Of a DNA stretch of 64,000 bases, positions 1-11,935 are shown in pieces. This DNA comes from Vitrella brassicaformis CCMP3155 (taxonomy: Eukaryota > Protista > Chromerida), in contig CDMY01000488.1 of NCBI GenBank assembly GCA_001179505.1, positions 62,001 to 126,000 of the forward strand, written 5' to 3'. How positions within the stretch are numbered: the stretch's first letter is position 1; each line of letters starts with the position of its first letter. The notes under the pieces are model-generated. The model was not told the DNA's origin. It ran no database searches and saw nothing but the letters and a program-made list of their open reading frames with translations. The translations under genes and the position numbers were made by a program.

Positions 1-799
1 GTCTCGATGGCAACTGTCGTCTCATGTGCGTGGGCAGCCGGTGGCGGTGTGGTTGTTGTCGACTCGGTGAAGTATGGGCCAAGGCTGTTTGCAAGGGTGA
101 CGTTGAATGGCGCCCCACCGCGAGCAGCGGGACCTGCCTGAGTAGCAGTGGTTGTCCCCGGTGCTTCTGATGTGGGTGCTGCTGTGGACGACGGGCCAAT
201 CGTAACATTCATGGTCGCCGCAGGCGAAGCTCTAACTTCGGGGCCGACCGTCGGGGCACTCACAGTCGAGAGGTGCACGGGAGCAAGCGTGCTGACACCA
301 GCCGCCCCAACAGCAACGGCAATTGTGGTCTCTGACACAGTGGCATTCGTGACGTTCAGACCGGAAGTTGGCATCGCCGTCGGCGCTGCTCCGAAATGTG
401 CTGTTGTAACGTTGGGCGGGACAGTGGTATGTAGCAGAGTTGGCGGAAAGAGTGTGGGTGGGGCGATCGTCGTCGACAGAGACACAGGTGCACCAGTCGA
501 GGCGGCCGCCGAAGGAAGCGGTGTTGGTGCTCCTGTCCCTTCAGGTGTCGGCCCAGCTGTCAAATTGGCACCAGTCGTGGGCGCCACTGGCGAGGGAGTC
601 GACTCATTGAGTGGAGCTCCCCTTGCTGCGAAGGGCTGTGGTGCTGGAGCGTGAGTGGCGTTTGCAGGGGCCGTCGTGGGCATGCCTTCAGATGGGGCTG
701 GGGATGGAGTAGGGCTTGGTGACGTCGGCAGATATACGTTGGACGGAGGCAGTGTAGTCGTTGTTCCTTCTTCATAGACAGGAGACGGTGTTGTCGTCG
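1..799 (-). repeat. Thr/Pro/Ala/Ser-rich mucin-like exon with many N-x-S/T sequons (part of the Sushi gene)
   Basis: After the acceptor at 800-802 the minus frame reads ATTTPSPVYEEGTTTTLPPSNVYLPTSPSPTPSPAPSEGMPTTAPANATHAPAP...ESTTTTPPPAAHAHETTVAHRD with no stop to base 1; NAT/NES/NLT/NVT sequons recur. Confidence 0.8.
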
Positions 800-3700
800 C
801 TGGACGAAAAATCACACAGATGGAATTCCCAAACGCACGGAACCCTATCGTGATCACCTACCATTTTTCTTGAGTTCTTCCAGGAGTTTGGGCGCCCGCA
901 GCTGCACGACTGCCTTCTTGATTGGATTCTCCCATGGGTCCTGGTGCCTCAGCGTGCAGTTGGCCTCTACGCCAGTGCTCTCGCCTGCGTCGCTGGCCAG
1001 CTGGCTGTCCTTGGGGAGTGTCAAAACGACGAAGGGCACAAAGTGATGGTTCTCGTTCAGCTCATACTGAAGCACAAAGCGGAACGTCGCAGAAAAGCTG
1101 TCTTTCTCCCTTGGGAGTGTGTGCACAGATATACCGTAAGCGTCGCGTTTGCCTCTCTGGGTAGCATCTTGACCGGTGTGCCGGCCGCCGTTGCCATTCT
1201 GATGGGTGCAGTGGGTTCCAGGGCAGAGCTGAAGGGGATCGCTACCTTAGCCTCGATGACTTCCTCCTCTCCCGTTGTAGTGTTTCGCTTCACGCGGGTG
1301 ACCGTGCCGTGGCCTTGGTAGGGCTTCTCAGGGGCCACTTCAAACCCTGATCACACGGACGGAAGATGGCAGTCGGTGGGTGGAGTGAATGGTGCACTCT
1401 GTATGTCTCACTTGTGTTGACGTATTCGACTTCGAGAGACTTTGTGTGCTCGGGGAGGATCTTTCGCCAGTGGCTGATGAGAGTGTCCTTGGCGCGAATG
1501 TCCACACGGAGAGTGGCCTTGCCATCGAGCGTCTCAAACTACAAGCAAGTGCAGGTGCACAAATGAGAAGAGAAGAGTCCCCCGCGCATGTCTTTGTTCC
1601 GCTTCTCACCCGTGGCGTCACCATGATGATGCCGTTCTGCTTGGGGTCGATGTACACAAACTCATCGGCAGTTGAGGCTGATGTGTTGCCCGTGCTGAAC
1701 CGCCCGGATGTCTCACTGTGGATGAGGAGCGGCTGCTTGACGTCCATTCGCGCGTCAGGCGGCAGCGTGATGACTATGCCCTCCTTGTCGTGGATGTCAA
1801 CATCGGCCCTCGTCTCCTGTATGGGGCTGCGTGAGCGGGGCACCGGCACCACCAACACCTCAATGCTCGAGTCGTTTGTTAGACGGCTGAGCTCTTTGAG
1901 CAGCTCATCTGCGCGTGGTCCTTCAGGGATCACTTGAAGAAAGACAGCCAAATGAGACCCGTAAAGCCCATACTGACAGATAGCATCAGATAGCCAGACA
2001 TGAGATGACTTATATAGGGAATGTGGGGCATTGATTGCGTACCCTGCGTCGATATGCGGCATTGGTCGGCCCTGTGGCGATCCGTCGGCCGCCCGCTGTG
2101 ATAATGACGACGGGCCGGTTGAGGTCGACGTCGACATTGCTGGGAAGCTTGATCTCCACTCCACCTTCATCGAGTCGCAACGCAGGTCCCCGAAACGGCT
2201 TGCCCTCGCCCTTCTTCCTGGCCTCCTCCTCTGAAAGTCACAGAAGAATGCGTCTTCAAGGGACGCATTTGTGTCTCTCTGAGCGACTGTAGATTGCTCA
2301 CCAGGGCGGAGAGCGCGGTAGACGTCCTCAGACTGAGGCGTCTTCCAGCTGGCGACCCCTGACAGCGGATCGACGATGCATTCTGCCTCAGGAGGAATTG
2401 GGCCGCGTGTCTGTGGGATTGTATCGTAGCCCTTGTTGCAGTACAGCCGCCTCTTGGCTCCCCTGCCGTGGCCAAACCCTTGCAGATTGATCGCTGGGGA
2501 GTCGGGATAGCCCGGACACTCCTCTGTAGAAAAGGCACAGGAGAGAATGTGACCGGCTGTGAGAAAAATAATGACGGCCTCGTCTTACGTTTGGCGGCGA
2601 CGCTGGACTTGGGGCCGCCTTTCAGCGAGTCGAGGAGAGCGACAAGGTTCTTCGAGAGGCTGGTGGACAGGTTGATGTTGCCACGAAACACGAGGACGAA
2701 GGACAGGTTGCCAGCAAAGCCAAACCCGCTCGTGTCCCAACCCAGCATGAGGCTCTGCTGGTGCTTCTTGTCGCCATCGCGAATGCACCCATTCGTGGAT
2801 GCCATGTCAGCTGGCGAGAGCTTCGGGGAGGAGTCGTTGGCCGTGTAGAACTGCGTCACGGTCAGCTGCTCACTGCTGTTGTCGATGGCGGGCTTGGTGG
2901 GCTGGTTGACGCGCATGGCGAAGACGGCCTATCGGTCGGTCTGTTTTGGATCTGCGACGGCCTGCACCTTGAGCTTGCAGTCACGATGGGACCACAGGTG
3001 GCCATCTGATTGACCGAGACACAAGGCAGGTCAAACAACCAAGATGGCGACAGGACGATCGGTGTGTGCTCAAATGTGCGCCATGCCTTGGAATCCGAAT
3101 GCGAAAGTGGTGTCCTTCATGACTGCTCCGTGAGCACCCACAGAGGCGATGCCGCTGACCACACTGTGTGGCTTCACCAACTGCATCCATATCACATGCA
3201 GAGCAACAAAGCAACCATGTCTCCGACCCTTCCCCTTGTGTATTTGTGTGTGCCACCGTTCGGTTCTCGGGCATGAGTCCGAAGACCATGGTGAAGTCAG
3301 GGTCAGCCAGCAGCGAATAGTCCCGCGAGCCGACCAGAAACTCACCCTCATCGAACACAAGCGATCCACTGCACACACACTCACACAACACGACACAGAG
3401 AGAGATAGTCACCCGCGTCAAGCAATACATGTCGCTCTCTCGCCGACTTACCCGTCGAACCGTGGCAGCTTATGGTGATCGATGCTCACGCCTGACTGAT
3501 GTCCAGGCAGGAAGTCCCCAAAGCCATATGTGGTCCCCGCCATGTTCTGCCACTTGAGCACGCGAGACAGCTCATTCTTTTCGACCGCCCCGAGACTCAG
3601 CGTGTCAGGATCAGCCACGTAGAAGCCCATGAGCTTCGACTCATCAGATGGAGACAGCTTCAGCTTGTCCAGATAGGCACCATACGATCCGAGAGCTGAT

Positions 3701-6700
3701 CAGCAATCACGCACGTGCATTCGGGTAGGGAGATGTGACTCTATTCTCTGTTATGTATTGAGTGAGTGTCTGTCTGTCTCACGTGAGCAGGTTGGGACCG
3801 GTGCACTGAGGTTGCCGTTGCCGAGACACGTGAGGGCCGCGCTCGTGTCGGGGATCATCTCATACCCCTTGTCGCAGGTGAATGTCACCGTCGTGCCCGG
3901 ACCGACATTTAGTCCGGGCTCGACCACACCATGCGCCAGCGGCTCCACGGTGCAATTTGCTGACAATCAGACGACAAAATCCAGCGAGATCCATACGAAA
4001 GGAGTGTGTGTTTGGTTGTGTGTACTGACTTGGGGCAGGTGCGCCGGGGACGCTGTGAGCGATGACCGAATACCACTTCTTGTCGACGAAGCGCACATTG
4101 TCCACACGGATGCTCCGATCGCCAACGAGGGCCTAAACGTGAGGAGGCACAATGCCGAAACACATTCCGCGTAAGAGTGTGCTGACCTGGCCTGCGGGAA
4201 CTCTGAAGCTGTTGTCTGGCGCTTCTCTGGGCGAGAATGAGTAGTGGTCCATGGCGTCCACAGCGAAGGTGGATGGCAGGCGAAACACCAAAGAGCTGCC
4301 GTTGGCCTGATACTCGCCCAGATCTGACACCAACCAGCCAACCAACCAACAGCACAAAATGGAAGATGACGATCCATGCGTCTGTAGCGCATGGTGTCAC
4401 TCACATTCCTTCTTTGGCGGCAATGGCTGCGCTTCAGGCGGGCGGCCTCCCGGCGGCGGCACTGCCTCCTTCTTGAGGATGAGGAATACGTCATACACCA
4501 CATCCTCCTCTATCGAAGGACTGTACGCGTGAAGCATGTGGTCGGCCGGCGACCAGGTGAACTGAAGTTACCTCCACAGACACGTATGCAGAGAAAGCGG
4601 TCACCCACTTTTCCTGTAGCCTCACGTTTTTCGTGCGGTAGACGCTGGAGCCGACTTCGAACTCGACAGCCATGATCCTGTCTGCCTTGCTCCATAAATG
4701 CATCGGCAGCTCCAGTGAGACCTCGCCGGGCGCGCCAGTAGCCTGGAGATTCTCTGACTTTTCCTCCTTCTGCCTGCGGATGACCAGGAACATTTCATAC
4801 TCGACGTCCTGCCGGATCCGGGGGCTCTTGACGAGAAGCGTGTGGTCATCAGGATTCCATGCGAACTGCAATCAAGACAGCAGGCAGGTCAGACACACTG
4901 TGTACGGATCATGTGCGCATTCTGCTTACGTTTTCGCTGGCGAATGCCTCAGTGGCCTCTTCGACTTCGACCTTGAGGATGTCGTCAACAAGCTTCCAGA
5001 GGTGTTGTGGTACGGGCATGATGATGTATCCCTCGTTGCCGACGGCCCTCACTGGCTCGCTCCTCCGTGTGGGGCCAGACCTCACCGTGAATGAGGCCTC
5101 GTACGCCTTGCCTGCCTGGATCGCAGGGCTGTACACCGTCGCAATGTTGGTCGCGTCATCGATGACAAACTGAGTGGCACCAGAAAGAGAGGAGACATAA
5201 AGTGTGTGCCTCGTCCTGGCTTGCTCGCACCTGATCGCTCCAGGACTGCTCGCGCCCGTCGCTGAGTTGGACGGACACAATGTTGGGTTTCTCCCTCAGC
5301 ACACTCTCCGGGAGCGGCACCTCCAGCCTGCCGTCCTGCCCGGCGATTGCCTGGACGCTCTCACTCTGCCGCTCGGCCTCCTCCTCAGCCTCGCTTTCCC
5401 TCATCAGCACACTGCAATCGTACTTGACGCCATCGAGGATGTCAGGGCTGCGGACCACCAGCTCATGCGAGTCATAGTCCGGTGTGAAGTCGGTAGAGGA
5501 GAAGGCGCTCGTGCCGTCTTTAATCTCGACCTCCACTATGTCGTCCACACGCGCCCATAGCGGTTTGGTCAGCGGGAGGAAGAGCTTCCCCTTGTGTGCG
5601 GTGACTGTGCCGGCGTCCTTCTTGGTCGTGTGTGTGCCGCCTGCTGGTGTGTCGTCCTTGTGTGGATGGTGCGGCCGCCCGCCTGCGGGAGGCCTTGGCG
5701 TTGTTGTCGGTCCAGGAGACACCCCCTTCTGCAGATTGACGTCGATGTCATACAGTCCTGGGCCGATGTTGTCGTCTCGAAGCGTGGCTTCATAGAGACC
5801 GCTCTGGAGCTCCCTGTAGGTGCACTGGAGCAGCGAGAGGCGAGAGACAGGCAGTGATAACAGGCTTGCAGAGGTGTGCGTGTCTATGGATATTCTTACA
5901 GCTGAGCTCATGACTGTGATGCCCCTGTCATTGGTTCCCACAGGGGTGACGGTGAATGACTTGACTTGTGGAGGGGTCACGCCCTCGGACAGTCGTGTCG
6001 TGAGCTCCCCGTCAGCCAGCGTCATGGCCGTCCCGAGATCGTGCTTATTCTCCTCACCTGAATCAAGGGAGCCGGCCGGCACTTCTTGTTCGCGCAAGTC
6101 CGTATGTATGTTTCATCTTCCTACCGATCAGTTCGTCCACTTGTTTCTGGAGGTTGTCCAGCTCTGAGTCCGCCGCGCCTATGGCCTTGTCCACTGAAGG
6201 CACGCAAACGGCCGCAGAGACACATCATTCACATCAGACGTTTGGCTCACGCTGCCTCTTCCTTCCTTTGTTACCGTCTTGGTTTTTGAGGAAGCTGAGC
6301 ATGAGCGATGAGACGATCCTCATCACCTCGGGGCTGTCGTCGCGCAAAGGGCGCTTCCACACCGCGATTAGACGGATGTCACCTGACGACCACAGTTGTT
6401 GAGCAAGTCTTCACCTGATTCTCTCTCGTCCCGTGTCTCCCTCACCGACAAAGCCTTGCAGAGGGTCTTTTTCCGATGGCTCGGGTGCCTCCATCGTCCG
6501 TCTCCCCACCAACAGATTCACCGGCAGCCGCTGCTTGCTGAGTTCCTGCCCGCCATAGCTCGGGAAGTCCCTCTCGCCAGTTATGTCCACCACAGTCTCG
6601 CTGCTGGCTCCCGTCCTGTCTGCGTATATGTAGATTCCTGCGGGCTCGCCGGTCTCGTGGTCAGATGTTGCATTCGCGGCCTTGGCCGCGTCCGGCTCGG

Positions 6701-9700
6701 CTAGATGGACGCCGAAGAGGCACCACTCACCGTTGATGCAGCTGTCGGGGATCTGCGTGCTGTCTGCCCTCAGCGACTTGGTGCCTGGGGCAAAACGATG
6801 TCCTTGTGCGTGTCATGGTCTCACTTGTGTCTGTGTGTGTCTGTGTCTGTGTGTGTCACCTTCCGGTGCTTCCTCCCAGACGCCGAACACCTGGAAGGGG
6901 TTCTGCTTGGTCTGGTCGCTGGGCGGGTCCACACCGAAACGAATGCCCTTTACTCGCTGCCCAGGTGTGGCGAGGTTGACCAGTGTCTTGCTGCGCGACG
7001 GACCTGCCGTGGTCTGGGCCTCCGGCTGGCTTCGAAAACCGACAAAGACTGTCGCACCCCGCTTGCCGACCACGTTGAGTGCTGTAGAGAGGAGGCCCTC
7101 CTGACCGGTGAATGTCACCAGCGATTGGTTGCCGGTGCTGAGCAGACGGTGAAGGAGAAAGAGATCCATGTGCTGTGTGTCGGTCGCTGCTTACATAGTG
7201 AATGTGGGGCACTCTCCGGCCTGCCGGGGATCGCTGCAGTCGCCCGGCGCAGCCAAAGACGCGAACCCGCCGCACCCCCAGTTGTGCCAGGTCTGCACGT
7301 ACCTCTTGCCTTCCGGCCCGTCGACAATGTCCAGGTGCTCCTCGTCAGCCACATAGACGCCCATCAGACCCTGCGTCACCAGGGGAGGCAACACGCCCGT
7401 CCAGGGATTCAGCTGCTCTACGAATCACATGCAGAGAAGGGATGCGTACATGTCAGTGTCTCTCGCGTTGGCTGACAGGGTGGCTTACTGGCGGGAGCGC
7501 AGAATGGGATCCCCTCCCCACCAGCGGTGAATTCGCCCTTCTCCGTGCACGCAAGTGTCCCCCCTGATGGCTCAAAGCTGCCCTTGCAGCAGAGTGCGGC
7601 CTCATCGCCAGCAACGAAGCCCTCCGAGCTGTGCGGCCCCGCAATGCGGTAGAAGAACCCATCAGGTACGACGGGAGGGTCGCACTTGGCTGAACATGAA
7701 TGAGTGACACAGGCACATGCAATGCTGATCAAGGAAACCTAAACGCTTCATGTGGTTGGTTGGTCACCTCTGCACGAGGGGTAGTACTGAGAGGACACTG
7801 GTGGCATCCACATCCCCTTCCCGTTTTTGTCTTCAGCCGTCTTCAGAGCCGACGGATCGACGCCATCTTGCGGCATACAGGTGAGGGCACTCACACCAGC
7901 CTGAAAACAAATGTGGACACGTGAAACACGCAGGCAGGGAGCACACTTGGCTCCTCACCACTGCGAGGCCAGTCTTGCACACAAAGGCCATCGATCGCCA
8001 AAGTCGTACTTGTCCTGAAGAGGCACCACGGTATCGATGTTGTCGTCCAGCGTCAGGTCGCCACACGGACCCTCAGCACGACCGAGACCTGGGACACACG
8101 AGACGGCCAAAGTCGTCGCTCATGTAACATCGTGATGCAGTTCTTTGTTCCCTCTGTGCTCACCGCGGACGGGTTCTTCAACGCACTGAATGGTTGCTGG
8201 GTCCGGCTCCAGCTGCCCCTCGCCGTTGCAAGTGATGACCAGGTCTTGTTTGGGGAAGAGCACATAGCCGTCGTCGCACACGCCCTTGATCTCCTGGCCT
8301 TCAAGCATCGTGAAGTCGGGGTCCGTCGAGTGCCCGTCCTCAAACATCAGATAGCCGTGAGACAGAAGGTCGCTGGCCGGCTGCACACACACCGGACGAT
8401 CAACTGCACACACAAACAAAGAGAACACACACAGCTGTGCTGTCTGCCCATGTCTGTCTGTCTGTCTGTGTCCGGCGGGTTATTGACATACCGAAGACGC
8501 AGTAGGGGGTCGGCCTGTCGTAGGATCCATCCTCCTGGCAGAGCAGTGTGGTAGGTCCCCTGAGCTCATAGGAACCATTGCAGCCCATCGTGACGTTGGT
8601 GCCGATGGCGAAGCTCTGGTTGCCCCTGGGAGCGGCCAACCTCCAGTTGGACAGCGTGTTGACGTCGGTGGGCTCGGGCGGCAGACCGCACTTGCCGCCC
8701 TCCACCACTGCAAGCACACAGCCAGAAACACCCTCCTGCTGCTTCAAAGACTTTTGTGTGACGCGTCGTACCACAATGGGGTATTTCTTCTGGGTCGGCC
8801 TCCGCGGCATCTTCGTCCGAGAGTCCTGGTTGGATGAGGCGGGGGCCTCTCGCCTTCTGCAAGAGGTTTTTCAGACCTCCAAGCCCAAGAATCGACTCCT
8901 CGACAGATAGCTCCAAGGCAGCTCTGCAGGGAGTACGCAAGACGACTGCATGGAGACATTGCACATGTGGCAGATGGACTCACCAGGGGCATAGCACATG
9001 AGCTCGTGGGCCCTTTTCGGTGACAGGTCCAGCCCATTCGGACACTTGAACTTGACGATCGACCCGTGACGCACCTGAGGGTCCGAGTACCGCACCTCCA
9101 GATGGTCCCGCGTCTCCAAGCCAGTCATCGGACAGAAAACTGATGATGCAGCCAACAGAAAAGCCGTGACACTCACTGGAGCACACGACTAATGCCTGTG
9201 TCTCTGTTACTGATGCATTTAGGCACATCCCCCCTGAACTCTCCCTTGGCTTCGATGCACACGACCTTCTCGTCCCCGCGAGACAAGACGCTGCCGTTCG
9301 GACAGGCGAAGTTTATCTCGCCGCCAGCTGCAAAAGAGTCGTCGTTGAGGAGCTGCTGCACAGGCACCTCGCCCACAGCCTCGACCTTGGGCGGCTCCAG
9401 CTCCTTGCACACCATGGCCGTGTAATCTGAAGGGACGACAAGACGGAGATGCGAGAAGCAAGCCGATTTCTGCTGCTGTACTGAGGCAGCTGGGAATGTC
9501 TGTGACGTTGGGGAATGCATCCCAGGTGCCGTCGATTGTGCACTGGGTCTTGAAGGGATACGCTGTCGGCACGTCGAACAGACATCGATAGACCGATGGC
9601 TGGCTGGATGGACGACGTCTCATTGCTTTACCTTTTGGCCACGATAGTCCCTTGTTGCACCTGAAGATAGCGATGGCACCACACTCTGTCGCGTTGAGGC

Positions 9701-11624
9701 CAGGGATGTTGGCATAGTCGATGACGCCGTCCTTCGGCTCCTTCAAGCGGCCGCAATCGACTACACACACACATACACACACGCGCACGCACGCACGCAC
9801 CCAGAGGTGCTTTCGCCTACATGGACTAAACATTCGTGTTGTGCCGGGCATTACTTTTCCTGTAGAGCTCCTTCGGATTTTCCAGTGTAAAGTTGAGCAC
9901 ACTGCTGGTCATCTTGAGCTCATCGTCGGGCACGAAGCGGGAGTAGATCAGCAAGGAGTGCACCACACCATCTGACAGACGGAAAGAGAACGTCCTGTCC
10001 GTGGCAGGAGAACACGCGAGTGATTTCCTACCCATGAAGCATTGTGAGAGCATGGCGTCGACGTTTCTGTGGGTGCGGGGGGTCTCGGGGAGCTCCGGTG
10101 GCGGTTTGGGGGAGTCGACTCGACAGCCAAGGTCAAGGATAGCACCCTTCTTCGCATTCTTGTCCATCCATGTGATGTCGTCAGCATTGGGGAGCGCCTT
10201 GCCGTCTCTGACCAAAGACGTGACAGCAATTGTGTCCGTCTTTATCGCATTTCAGTAGACTTGCACTCACATGATGATTTCCGTCTTAGGTGGCTCGGTG
10301 GAGGGGATGCCTCTCTCCTCTTTGGGCTTGATGCGGCGGATGACGATAGTGCTGGTCGTCTGTGTGACCAGCTGTACATCCTCTAGCCTGATTTTCTTGG
10401 CTGGTGAAGGGCCAGCCCCGAAGGAAAATCTCCCGCTGAGATAAGACAGAGACGCATGCACTGCATCGTCCCGTGAGTCCGCAGTGATAGGTCCCTCGTC
10501 TCACACTGGATTATCGTCTTCCCGATCGAATCCGATCTCAAGGTTGGCGTCCTTGGTCGCCATGTCAAAATTTAGGATGACGGCTGACCCGTTGTCGAGG
10601 TCGACAGCGTGGCCGTTGTCATACTCCATCCGGGGCCACGTGACCAGGAATATGACTGTCACGTTGCCCTTCTCGAAAAGTGTGTAGGACCGCTCCCCCA
10701 CCATCCATGTGCCGTTTCTGAATCTCAGTCCGCCCCATTGGGGCTGCTTTGGGTCCCTGCCCATCTTGATCAGCTCTATGGAATCTGTAATCGTCCTATC
10801 GGTCGGAACACACAACAAATAGCCCGCCACAGAAGACTCTGTTTCCACATACCTCTCGAAGGTTGGGGCATTGGCACTCGTGGGCTGCTCGAGACTGCCA
10901 AATCCATCGGGACATGCCGACCTGAAAGGAACGGTGTTTGGCAAAAGATGGAGCAAGGCGATCATTTCTAGTCCATGAGTAGTCATGTTCTCACCCTCTT
11001 GCATCAGCCCAGTTCTGCACCGCCTCTTCCCCCCCTCTCTTCGCAATGGCCAGCCGGTCCTCGTCCGCAATGTAGACATTCTCCAGATCGCTACAGGACA
11101 CCTTCAGCCTCTTGCGACATGCCTCACCTGAACCCGCCCACCCCAATGGATATAACTGCTGCCGTCAGTCAGATGTCACGGATTCCTCCTTATTGTCTGA
11201 CCCCTCCAGCAGATGCCCCTCGCCTTCTTCTGCTCCTCCTTGAGATAGGCCTGGATGTCTACGAGTGACGGCACCTGGATTGCTTCGGTGTCGTTGTCAG
11301 CTGGCGTCGCAACTGCTGCCCTGGCACTTCTGCGATACCTTGAGATAAAACTAAAGGGGTCAAAGTCACCTGATTGGCAGATCCCAGACAGAACACATGA
11401 TTTCCCACTGCAATCAAGGGCATCGTCATGGCGTTACTGTACCCATCGAGAGAAGAAATGACTTTGAAGGGGCATTGGCACCACCCAGTGCAAACTACAA
11501 CAGCACGGGACCAAATGCAGACGTGCGATAGCGTCGTTCTCTCAGTGCAAACAGGGCGTACCAAGAGCCCCTCAAGCATGAAGATACCCTGCAGGGCAGC
11601 AAAAGCTCTTCTTAACCGTTTCAT
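1..11624 (-). CDS. Very large multi-exon secreted protein: signal peptide, about 8 Sushi/CCP modules, possible LamG/ConA-like segments, 4x novel repeat, Thr/Pro-rich mucin-like stalk; 3' end runs off the window
   Basis: Manual splicing from ATG 11624 gives MKRLRRAFAALQGIFMLEGLL|FALGGANA (signal-peptide-like), with phase-consistent GT-AG junctions over the first exons. Sushi-type Cys spacing, e.g. CGLPPEP..GTNVTMGCNGSYELRGPTTLLCQEDGSYDRPTPYC (about 8505-8690), CKELEPPK..GEINFACPNG..VVCIEAKGEF..VPKC (about 9205-9410), CTVEPLAHG..GTTVTFTCDKGYE..LTCLGNGNLSAPVPTC (about 3775-3955). Not every internal junction was checked, so continuity as one gene is inferred. Confidence 0.75.
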
Positions 11625-11935
11625 CTTCTGCGATAGACTGCGCAGCTCCGACGATCATTCAACGCAGAACCGACAGAAGAACCGCCTGTGCTGCGATGCG
11701 ATTGCGCCTCGGATTGCGCCAGGCGATTGCGCTGCAAGACGTGCTGCAAGGCTGCTCCAGATTATGAGGACGCCCACGCAAAGAAGGCAGCAGCTACGGA
11801 ATGAGTCCGTGCACGTGTGGAGGGGAAACTTGAAGGCCCCAAACTCGGTGGGGCCCATAAGGATCGCGCGCTTGAGGCGGTTCGCAGTGGGGTGGCAGCA
11901 TTGGGCGGCCGAGTACTCGGCCCTCTTCGTGAGGG

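Noticed and set aside
148-654. 168-aa plus-strand Val/Gly/Ala-rich ORF
   Set aside because: Antisense shadow of the Thr/Pro-rich mucin exon on the minus strand.
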